DNA from: a virus
Lineage: Duplodnaviria; Caudoviricetes
IMG/VR virus record: IMGVR_UViG_3300025572_000381
Coordinates: 1 to 51,293 of that record
Reading direction: 5' to 3' (one strand)
DNA: 51,293 nt
Shown: piece after piece, positions 10,004 to 17,704 of the stretch
How positions within the stretch are numbered: the stretch's first letter is position 1
Layout: each line of letters begins with the position of its first letter
Position numbers and translations under genes: made by a program
The notes under the pieces: generated by a model
Database searches by the model: none
What the model was told of the DNA's origin: nothing
The model's input: only the letters and a program-made list of their open reading frames with translations

Positions 10004-10207
10004 TCAACAGATGCCCCTCAGCAAGTCGCGCCCCCAGTCAGGTCCGAGGGAAGACTCCTCGGCGCCAGGAGGACGCAGCTGAGCCAGCGCGTCGTGTAGC
10101 GAGGCCACTTCCTCGCACTCCGCTGCTGGCGGGGCGGGCAGTTCGCCGCCATCGTCTTCCCACAGGAACTCCGCCGTCTCCAGGCAACGCTGTTCGTGCT
10201 CCTGCAT
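10004..10207 (-). CDS. Small acidic hypothetical protein
   Basis: GAGGAGG RBS before ATG 10207. Confidence 0.55.
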   Translation of the reverse strand: MQEHEQRCLETAEFLWEDDGGELPAPPAAECEEVASLHDALAQLRPPGAEESSLGPDWGRDLLRGIC

Positions 10208-10225
10208 GGCAACTTCCTCCTCGCT

Positions 10226-10259
10226 AAAGAAAAGCCGGCCGCCCCGAAGGACGGCCGGC
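10226..10259 (-). terminator. Rho-independent terminator
   Basis: Minus strand GCCGGCCGTCC-TTCG-GGGCGGCCGGC-TTTTCTTT, downstream of 10310-10795. Confidence 0.85.
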
Positions 10260-10309
10260 CGTGTGGAAACGTACAGACGCGTGTGCGGCAGATCAGCAGG
10301 CGACGACGC

Positions 10310-10795
10310 CTAGTCGATAACCCGCTGGATCTCGTTGCGGTAAACCCGCTGGAAGATGGAGACGTACATGCCCGGGCCGAGCACGCGGTCGCCGTGCTCG
10401 GGGTGGGTCAGCGTGGTCTTGCGGTCCAGGGTGAAGGCCGGGCCGAAGTAGACCGGCTCCTGCACCTGGATGCCCGCCCTCTTGAGCAGGTTGATCACCT
10501 CGCGGGGCTGCTCGATGTCGTAGCTGACGACGCCCTCGGGGCTCGACAGAATGTGCCGCGAGCCCTGGGTGTCGCCGTCGGCCAGCTGGAGACGGACGCG
10601 TTCCAGCCGCTTGAAAACCTTCTCGTCGACGTTCGTGCCGTCTCCAATGAAGACGACGTACAGGTCCCCCTGACGGAGGCTGTCACCGACCGACATCAGG
10701 CCGACTTCGCGGACCTGAGCGACCTCCTGGGTCTTGGTGGCCGATTCGCGCACCAGCTCATAGGCCTCAACGGCGGTGATCACTTGGGTCGACAC
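10310..10795 (-). CDS. Small beta-rich His-motif protein, typical partner of DUF6745 genes
   Basis: Motifs RQGDL, LADGDTQGSRH, LTHPEH and GMYVSIFQR, with AGGAGG upstream. Confidence 0.8.
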   Translation of the reverse strand: MSTQVITAVEAYELVRESATKTQEVAQVREVGLMSVGDSLRQGDLYVVFIGDGTNVDEKVFKRLERVRLQLADGDTQGSRHILSSPEGVVSYDIEQPREVINLLKRAGIQVQEPVYFGPAFTLDRKTTLTHPEHGDRVLGPGMYVSIFQRVYRNEIQRVID

Positions 10796-11118
10796 TCCTT
10801 GTTCCTCCTACAAAACGCGCGGCGGGTAGTCGATGCGGGCCCGCCGCTTTCCCGCTTGTCCTCAGGGGTTTCACTCAGCGTGCGCGCCAGCACGATGGGT
10901 AGCGCCAAAATGGCGACCCATTGAGGCGGAAGCGGCCCAACATTGAGGGATTGAGTGGCCTGACGTGCACCCGTACAGTCGGCCAAATCATGACTCAGAT
11001 GGGCGACATCCGCGCTCATCTTTGACCTGTTAGGAATCTGCCTGATGCGCATCGCTGGTCTCCTCGTATCACAACCACCGGCCCCGGCGCAAGCACGCCG
11101 GGGCACGGGGAGTAGTGC

Positions 11119-12279
11119 TTAGCTAGCGTCGATCGTGCGAGCCGATAGCCCCGAGCTCAGCCAGAGCTGGGCGGCCTCGCAGGTGTTGATGCTATTGTCG
11201 ACTTCCATGCTGTAGACGCGTCCGGTGCTCGGGCAGACGCCCACCAGCACCGTGAAATCGTCCGTCTTCATGAGCACTTCCTGGGTCCGCTCGATCGGGT
11301 TTTCCCGTTGATCGACGACCTTCGCGTCGGTGTCCTTCAGGAACCGATCCCAGCCGTACCGCTCGATGCGGATACGCTGGACCTCGGCCTGACTTTCGCT
11401 GCGGATCTGCTCGATCGTCTGCGTCTCAGGATGCATGACGATCTGCTCGTCCACGACGACACCGTGGATCACGTACAGCTTCAAGCCGTCAACGTAGGCG
11501 ACGGCCGGGCCGTCGTCGCAGTGGAGTCGCCGATCGGCGACCTCCACCCCTTCCCAGTGCATCGCGATGGGACGCTCGGCACAGAAGCAGACGGTGGTGT
11601 AAGGCCACCACCAGCCGCCGAAGCACTGGTCGTACCACCACTCCAGTTGTTCCCGCTGCTCCGCGGTGAACTGGACCTGAGGCAGCGTAGCGCAGAAGCG
11701 ATAGAACCCGACCCAGTAGATTTCCTGGGCACCGCGGAACGCCGAGAAAGAGGCCGGCGATCGACGATCTTGGGGGATCAGCTTGCGGCAGAGCCCCCAG
11801 GCCGCCCGCGTGCGGTACTCGGCGTACTCCGGACGGTAGTCCTTCTTGCCCGGATCCTCTGGCAGGTCGATCAGCTTGTCGAGCTGCAGGGTAACGAGCT
11901 GCTTGTGCAGCTCTTCGATGCGCTTGCGGGTGGCCTTCGTGGTAGCCCCCTTCAACGGCTGGGAGTCCATCATCTCCCAGAGGTCCAGCAGCTTGTCAGC
12001 GGCCGCCCACCCTTCGTGTCTCTTGGGGTCGGTCTCGTCCGGACGCTCGGTGAACTCACGGAGCAGCAGCTGCAGCAGCGTCGCGTCGAGTGGACTGCTG
12101 GTCCACACAAATTCCGGGACTTCGTGGCCCAACTTCTTGTACATGTTGGTAATGCCACGCTCCACTCGTGGGCGATCGGCGGGTCCACAAGCGGCACCCT
12201 GTTGGAAGAGCTTCTCCCGCTCTTCCAGCATGGCTTTCTCCTGTTCCGGAGTCAGCTGGTCGTCTGCCATATGCGGCAA
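11119..12279 (-). CDS. DUF6745-domain protein
   Basis: GWWWPY..FCAERP, RLHCDDGPAVAYVDG..YVIHGV, IRSESQAEVQRIRIERYGWDRFL and VCPSTGRVY motifs. Confidence 0.75.
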   Translation of the reverse strand: MPHMADDQLTPEQEKAMLEEREKLFQQGAACGPADRPRVERGITNMYKKLGHEVPEFVWTSSPLDATLLQLLLREFTERPDETDPKRHEGWAAADKLLDLWEMMDSQPLKGATTKATRKRIEELHKQLVTLQLDKLIDLPEDPGKKDYRPEYAEYRTRAAWGLCRKLIPQDRRSPASFSAFRGAQEIYWVGFYRFCATLPQVQFTAEQREQLEWWYDQCFGGWWWPYTTVCFCAERPIAMHWEGVEVADRRLHCDDGPAVAYVDGLKLYVIHGVVVDEQIVMHPETQTIEQIRSESQAEVQRIRIERYGWDRFLKDTDAKVVDQRENPIERTQEVLMKTDDFTVLVGVCPSTGRVYSMEVDNSINTCEAAQLWLSSGLSARTIDAS

Positions 12280-12517
12280 CTCCTAGCTAAAGGGTTAGAC
12301 CAGTCCCCGAGCCTCGTCAAAGCGGGGACACTATCTCGTAGCGGCAAGCCCTCCGTTCCGGGTGGAACAGTGGACTTGCCAATGTCGGGCCCTCCGGCCT
12401 CACGTACGCGCCGGTGCTAATCCGGCACCAAGGATTATGCCCCAGTATCGACGCCAATTTAGCTGGGGCGCCTACAGGGGAGAGCAGTATAGAGATCGCG
12501 AGCGGTATGGGAAGTGC

Positions 12518-13666
12518 CTACTCGCGCTTCCCCAGGAGATATGCGGCCGCAGCAAGCGCGACCTTCTTTCGGAAGGACGCAGCCTTGAACTGGCCATTGG
12601 GGAGAACGATCCAGATAGGGCGCTGGAACTGAGGCCGCCGAAAGCCGAATGGCGGCCGCACCAGCGGCGCTTGGCCTCGTGGATCCCACGCCGGCGGTTC
12701 ATCAAACGGCTCCCAGTCAGGAGCCTCTTCCTCCGGCGCTTGCGGAACCCGCTGAGCTACCGCACCAGCCTGTGCTAGAGTCGCGGGGGACGCCGGCGAC
12801 GGCGTAGACGACGGGATGGTCGAAGGGGGCTGGACGTCGGTGTACGGCCAGTACTTGCCGCGCTCTGCGGCCGCAGCGACGGCGGCAGAGGCTCTCCCCA
12901 TGCGCCGGGCGATCTGCTGCACGCGCTGCTTGTCGTACGCCTTCTGCTGCGCGTCCAGCTGACGCGTCACCGGGCTGTCGATCACCTCGTGCATGACCGC
13001 CCGGTGAGGATTCGCCTGCACCCAGGACGCGGTGTCGTTCAGCACCTGCCGGGGCGTCGGCCGCTGCGCCGACGCCGCTGACATGGGGCCTGCCACGGGC
13101 CCCGTCGGGCCCAACGGGCGTTTCAAAGCACTGCGATGTGACCACTGACCAGGTCCTTGCTGCGGCACCTGCGCCGACGGGGTGGATTGAGCCACCGCCG
13201 TCGGAGCCGGCGCCTTAGGCAGCAGGTCAGGGCGTTGAGCCTTTACGGTCTCGTACACACCGGGCACGGCGCTGGGGCCGTGCGGGCGGTAGAGCTGCGG
13301 GTTGTTCGCCAGGTACTGGGCCCGCTGGGCGTTGAGAGCACCCATCGGGCTGGTCGGAGCCGGCGAGGCCTGCAGGTTCCCCAACTCACGCATCCGGCGC
13401 TGCGCGTTGTTGAGGTAGTTCTGGTACTTCTGCCGCTCCTGCGGCGTCCGTGCCTGAGCGAGCTGTTGCTGCAAGCGCGGGAGCTGCCCCTGGATGTAGT
13501 CGATCTGGTGCTGATAACGCCCAGGCTGACCGGGCGACCCGGGAGTCGGTTGTGCACCGACCCAGGGAGCCTTGACGGGAGACGCTGCAGACTTAATCGC
13601 TTGGGCGGCAGCCAACTTGATCGCCAGGGCAGCGATCTTCAACGTACCGGGTCGCATCCGTGCCAC
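12518..13666 (-). CDS. Pro/Gln/Ala-rich low-complexity protein with KxA-type N-terminal leader
   Basis: N-terminus LKIAALAIKLAAAQAIKSAA resembles the leader of 2987-3808. Confidence 0.75.
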   Translation of the reverse strand: MARMRPGTLKIAALAIKLAAAQAIKSAASPVKAPWVGAQPTPGSPGQPGRYQHQIDYIQGQLPRLQQQLAQARTPQERQKYQNYLNNAQRRMRELGNLQASPAPTSPMGALNAQRAQYLANNPQLYRPHGPSAVPGVYETVKAQRPDLLPKAPAPTAVAQSTPSAQVPQQGPGQWSHRSALKRPLGPTGPVAGPMSAASAQRPTPRQVLNDTASWVQANPHRAVMHEVIDSPVTRQLDAQQKAYDKQRVQQIARRMGRASAAVAAAAERGKYWPYTDVQPPSTIPSSTPSPASPATLAQAGAVAQRVPQAPEEEAPDWEPFDEPPAWDPRGQAPLVRPPFGFRRPQFQRPIWIVLPNGQFKAASFRKKVALAAAAYLLGKRE

Positions 13667-13671
13667 GAGCC

Positions 13672-13722
13672 AAAAAGAGAGAGGGGGAGTCGATACCCAT
13701 AGGATACGGGACCGACTCCCCC
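13672..13722 (-). terminator. Probable intrinsic terminator
   Basis: GGGGGAGTCG...CGACTCCCCC stem followed by TCTCTCTTTTT on the minus strand. Confidence 0.65.
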
Positions 13723-13752
13723 TACCGGAACAGAGAGGGCGGTTGCGGAGGG

Positions 13753-14547
13753 TTAGGGCCGCTGCGCGGGGCTGCAGCCCAGGGTCGTGAAGAAGTCCTC
13801 CGCGGGGACCAGCAACGGGTCAATGCCGGTCGCGTGGAGTAGAGCTTGTCGAAGCTGTGCCATCTCCGGACGCAGCTGCGACTCACCGCCCTCCTCTGGG
13901 GCCTGGAACATTCCGCCCTGCTCGCGCAGCAGGTAGAACGCCCGAGCGGACGCGCAGCACAACTCCACTGCCTGGTTGTGCAGGCTCAGGATCGCCGGGG
14001 CGGATGCCGCCGCTATCAGCCGCAACGCCGACAGCAGGGACTTGGGCGAAGCCGCTTCCTCCTCCTGACCAGTCGTTTCGTTCTCGGCAGGCCTCACCTC
14101 GGGCAACTTCAGGATCCATCCCTTGTTCTCCGGGTAACGAGCCTGCGGGATCTCGTTCGGGTCGATCGTCACCACCAGGTCGGGCGACAGGTTCGAGTTC
14201 ACCAGGTGCAGCTTGCCGTCAGCCGTGAAGGCGAAGACGGCGTGCGGAGCGCGCGGCTTGGGCTCGATCACCATGATCCCGACACCGTGCTCGACGATCT
14301 GGTCGTTGTAGGCCTCCTCGAACTCGAGGCCCGTCATCGCCAGCGTCTCGTTGAGCGCCTGCTGCGTGCGGCGCTCGGCCAGCTGGATCATCGCGTCGTA
14401 GTCCGGGGGAGCGATCCCCAGGTAGTGACAGGCGTTGATCGCCGCGATCACCAGGCAGTCGTTGTTGCTGCGCTGGGGTTCGAAGCGGACTCCGTCGTAC
14501 TGCACCGGCTGCAGCGACGGGCACACGGCTGTGGACATTTCCAACAC
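13753..14547 (-). CDS. Papain-fold (C39-like) cysteine peptidase domain protein
   Basis: Q..NDCLVIAAINA (catalytic Cys), PHAVFAF (His) and LVNSN (Asn/Asp position) occur in C39-like spacing. Confidence 0.55.
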   Translation of the reverse strand: MLEMSTAVCPSLQPVQYDGVRFEPQRSNNDCLVIAAINACHYLGIAPPDYDAMIQLAERRTQQALNETLAMTGLEFEEAYNDQIVEHGVGIMVIEPKPRAPHAVFAFTADGKLHLVNSNLSPDLVVTIDPNEIPQARYPENKGWILKLPEVRPAENETTGQEEEAASPKSLLSALRLIAAASAPAILSLHNQAVELCCASARAFYLLREQGGMFQAPEEGGESQLRPEMAQLRQALLHATGIDPLLVPAEDFFTTLGCSPAQRP

Positions 14548-14565
14548 AGGGTTCTCCTTCCGAAT

Positions 14566-14799
14566 CTAGCGTTCCCCTCGGTCACGTTCCCGAGAACGAA
14601 TCCGTTGGATGTCGTCCTCGAGGTTGCGGCCCGACGGATAGCACAGGAGGTACTCATCCTGACCGTCGGGGATAATCGCAAACGGTGCGTTGAGCTGCAT
14701 CAAACGAAATGCAGCAGCGAAAGCCTGAGACGTGCTGAACAACACTTCATAGGTGTCGAGCTCGCCCAGCTGCTCAGGCATCTTTTGTGACTTCGCCAT
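14566..14799 (-). CDS. Small hypothetical protein
   Basis: AGGGAG RBS; fills the gap between neighbours. Confidence 0.7.
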   Translation of the reverse strand: MAKSQKMPEQLGELDTYEVLFSTSQAFAAAFRLMQLNAPFAIIPDGQDEYLLCYPSGRNLEDDIQRIRSRERDRGER

Positions 14800-14829
14800 G
14801 GCATACTCCCTGCCGGCGTTGCGTTGTGG

Positions 14830-15840
14830 TTAACGCGGCTTGGGGCGTTTGCCGATGGCCCTCGGCCGCAGCTGTTTGATCGACTCGCCGCTGCGCCACT
14901 TGTTCCAGGCGTGGATGCAAGCGGCATACAAGTCCTCGGCAAGGATCGACTCCTTGGAGCCGTCGCTGCGCTTGCGCGAATCGCGGAGCATCGAGTTCTG
15001 GATCAGCGTTCGCAGGACGTATCGCGGATCCGTGCGGGACGGCAGCCCCACGCCATCCAGCACTGGCGTCCAGAACTCGGCCGCCTTGACCGGGGCCTTG
15101 TCAAACGTAGCGCACATCGCCGCCAGCAGCGGCTGATTGCGCGGGCGGTGCTCGCGAGGGAGCTCCGCGAGGTAATCGCCCACCTTCTTGAACGTGCCCA
15201 GGTGGTGCTTCAGCGCGAGAGCCGCCGTCTGCTCCGGCTGATAGTGGTCGCGCTCGTCCCGCCCTGGGATCTGCCAGAATCGGATCGCCAGGGCGATCTT
15301 CTCCACGAGCTCAGGCGGGATGTCCGCCAGCTCGGGAGTGTCGCAGAGCAGAACCCGCAAGCGATGTCCGACAGACCGCGTGCGGCCCACGTCGAACTTG
15401 CTGTACAGCAGCTTGAGCTGCTTCAGGTCGTCGACCCGGTAGACCACCTCGCGCACTTGGTACGAGGGATCTCCGGTGGACAGGAAGATCGCCCAGCAGG
15501 TGTGCTGGCCGTTGATCTTGTAGCGCGTGTCGTCCAGCCAGGCTGAGGCCAACAGCACACTCTGGGGAACGAAGCTGCCGCGGGCCATTTCGTCCCGCAA
15601 GCGCTGCACCCAGTCTTCGCTGGGTTTCCGCTCGCCATCGAACTCGGGCAGGCTGAGATACTCCTCGGCCTTGGCCTTGTCGAGCGTAACCAACTGGTCG
15701 GACACCACTTTGAAATCGGCACGTGCCGTTCCTGGCACTCGGCGGATCTTCCGGGAAATACGCAACTCCCGGCCACCTACGGTCCTCCGGATGGTCCCCT
15801 TGGGGGACGCTGACGGTGGGGTCAGCAAAGTAAGGGTCAC
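14830..15840 (-). CDS. ParB/DGQHR-like N-terminal domain protein
   Basis: AGGAGG then GTG 15840. WVQRLRDEMARGSF..INGQHTCWAI..FDVGRTRS resembles ParB-like (N/D)GQH(R/T) proteins. Confidence 0.6.
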   Translation of the reverse strand: MTLTLLTPPSASPKGTIRRTVGGRELRISRKIRRVPGTARADFKVVSDQLVTLDKAKAEEYLSLPEFDGERKPSEDWVQRLRDEMARGSFVPQSVLLASAWLDDTRYKINGQHTCWAIFLSTGDPSYQVREVVYRVDDLKQLKLLYSKFDVGRTRSVGHRLRVLLCDTPELADIPPELVEKIALAIRFWQIPGRDERDHYQPEQTAALALKHHLGTFKKVGDYLAELPREHRPRNQPLLAAMCATFDKAPVKAAEFWTPVLDGVGLPSRTDPRYVLRTLIQNSMLRDSRKRSDGSKESILAEDLYAACIHAWNKWRSGESIKQLRPRAIGKRPKPR

Positions 15841-15952
15841 GGTGGTACCCTCCTGGAAAGTGGCAGCCTGCAACAGGCCGCGTCGGAAGAGATGCGCCCG
15901 AAACGCGGATCGCGCCTCGTGGCGCGGAGACAACAAACAACGTCGGCTGTAT

Positions 15953-16438
15953 TCACAGCTCGGCGAGGAACTGCAGATCCGGATCGTTGATCACGGTCTT
16001 GTTCTTCGCCGCGGGTCGAGGAAAGCCATTTCGCTGGACGGACTCCAGGAATTTCCGAGCCGCTTCTTCGGCCTCGTCAGCCCCCCAGGAGCCAATCTCC
16101 ACAACCTGCGTAGTCTTGCGGCCCAGCGGGATTCCGCTTTTCGTGAGGTGCGCCTCATGAGTCGCATAGCTCACGTGGTACTGGACACTCCTCCCTTTTC
16201 CTACTGCGCTGATGCAGGTCCCTTCTTCGTCGAAGACCTGCTTGAAGTAGTCCACCCGGCCGCTTGGCAGGGTGGTCGGATACACGTCGGCCAGAGCCTC
16301 CAGCACAGCCTTTACAGTCGGCTGTACAGTCCGGCCGTAGCTGTCCGCGAGGCGCGGCAGCCGACTTCGTTTCTTGCCCACATGCGCGTGACCTCCGTAA
16401 GTCGATGACTCGATAAAACGGGCAGACCTTCTACCCAT
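15953..16438 (-). CDS. Hypothetical protein (161 aa)
   Basis: Protein-like composition and fits the minus-strand gene run. Confidence 0.65.
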   Translation of the reverse strand: MGRRSARFIESSTYGGHAHVGKKRSRLPRLADSYGRTVQPTVKAVLEALADVYPTTLPSGRVDYFKQVFDEEGTCISAVGKGRSVQYHVSYATHEAHLTKSGIPLGRKTTQVVEIGSWGADEAEEAARKFLESVQRNGFPRPAAKNKTVINDPDLQFLAEL

Positions 16439-16585
16439 CGCCTAAGGAAACGTCAAGCTACCGGCCAGGAGAAAGGCCTGTGCTAAAGCAAGATCCCGGC
16501 CCCTGCCCTGAGCAAGGCTCAGGAGCAGAGGCGGGATCGAACCCGGGTAGCCCAGCCGAAGCCAGGCTACCCGGACCGAGGGAGA

Positions 16586-16834
16586 TTACTTGGCCGGGGT
16601 GGGCTCAGTTTTCTGGGCCACCGGTTTGGTGGTCTCTTTCTTCTCCGGCTCGGCCTCCGGCTTGCAGCTCTTGGTGACCTCCACCGTGAGCTCGCCGTCG
16701 CTGTAGGTCACGGTGGCCCCGCAGGGGGCCCGCTCGACCAACTTGTCGAGAGCCCCAAGATGGCTGCTCTCACTGCAACCCACAAAGCCGACAACGACGA
16801 ACATAACGACGGCAACGATCGTGTGCTTCTTCAT
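16586..16834 (-). CDS. Small predicted lipoprotein (82 aa)
   Basis: GAGGGAG RBS. MKKHTIVAVVMFVVVGFVG-C is a basic N-terminus, hydrophobic core and lipobox-like Cys. Confidence 0.75.
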   Translation of the reverse strand: MKKHTIVAVVMFVVVGFVGCSESSHLGALDKLVERAPCGATVTYSDGELTVEVTKSCKPEAEPEKKETTKPVAQKTEPTPAK

Positions 16835-16856
16835 CTTTTTCTCCCTCGAGAGAACG

Positions 16857-16892
16857 AAAAAAGCCAGCAGACGCAACGCGCGCCTGCTGGCT
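16857..16892 (-). terminator. Rho-independent terminator or attenuator
   Basis: AGCCAGCAG...CTGCTGGCT followed by TTTTT on the minus strand. Confidence 0.75.
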
Positions 16893-16946
16893 AACTGGGG
16901 GTACACTTCCTATGTCACAAAAACGGCCAAAATTTAGCTGCCGGTT

Positions 16947-17276
16947 TTAGCCTCCCAGCACCAGGGGAGCGACGTCCAAGAGGGGCGACTCGTCCTCGTC
17001 GAACAGCCGCAGACCTTCCTGGTCCTCGCGCTTCCGCTTGCGCTTCCGCTCTTTGCTCAGACGCTCGTGAACCTGGGGAGCGGTCAGGCCCCCGGCCGCC
17101 AGACCGACCAGCGCACCGGGCAACCCGCCCACCAGGCCGCCCACTCCCGTCAGCCCGGCCGCGTACGCGCCGGAGCCGACCAGCGGCACCCAGTCGCGAC
17201 GCTCGTTCAGCTCCTGCTCGGCCCGCTCAGCGGCCAGCTTCAGCGCAGCCCAGGTTACCCGATCGCGAAACGTCAT
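16947..17276 (-). CDS. Small glycine-zipper membrane protein
   Basis: Leader AALKLAAERA; GLTGVGGLVGGLPGALVGLAAGG; basic then acidic tail. Confidence 0.75.
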   Translation of the reverse strand: MTFRDRVTWAALKLAAERAEQELNERRDWVPLVGSGAYAAGLTGVGGLVGGLPGALVGLAAGGLTAPQVHERLSKERKRKRKREDQEGLRLFDEDESPLLDVAPLVLGG

Positions 17277-17701
17277 TCTACGGCCGACGTGGAGCGCAGC
17301 GTCACGGCGAAGGTCTTATCACCCGTTCCCTCGGGAGCCAACCGCAGGTAGATCCGATAGATCGGGGTGGGGTGGTCCGTGGGATCGCGGTTGATGTACA
17401 GCACCGCCGGGTCGAACTGGTGGTACAGCTGGCCGGCCACACCCTGCAAGGTTTCGGTCACCTTGTATAGTTCCCAGGGAAGCCCATCCTCGGTGTCCGG
17501 GTCGCTGTCGGAATCGCTGCCGCCGCCCGGGCACAACCCGTCCCGGCTGAGCAGGTCGACGTCAAAACCCACCGGGGTGCCGTCCGTCTGGGTAACGATA
17601 ATCTGCTCGAGGTAGCACCGCGTGGGATAATTGATCGCAAAGCAGGCGACCGAACCGCCCTCGACGGTCAGCCCGGTCACGGTTTTCTCGTAAGGTCGCA
17701 T
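17273..17701 (-). CDS. Hypothetical beta-rich protein (142 aa), possibly structural
   Basis: 4-bp overlap with the downstream gene; beta-strand pattern. Confidence 0.8.
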   Translation of the reverse strand: MRPYEKTVTGLTVEGGSVACFAINYPTRCYLEQIIVTQTDGTPVGFDVDLLSRDGLCPGGGSDSDSDPDTEDGLPWELYKVTETLQGVAGQLYHQFDPAVLYINRDPTDHPTPIYRIYLRLAPEGTGDKTFAVTLRSTSAVE

Positions 17702-17704
17702 GGG

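Noticed and set aside
10820-10870. Hammerhead ribozyme (minus-strand CTGAGGA...GAAA)
   Set aside because: No stem II pairing and no UH cleavage triplet after the following stem.
16525-16550. tRNA suggested by minus-strand GGGTTCGATCCC (T-arm-like)
   Set aside because: No acceptor stem, D-arm or anticodon arm can be built, and the bases belong to two other hairpins.
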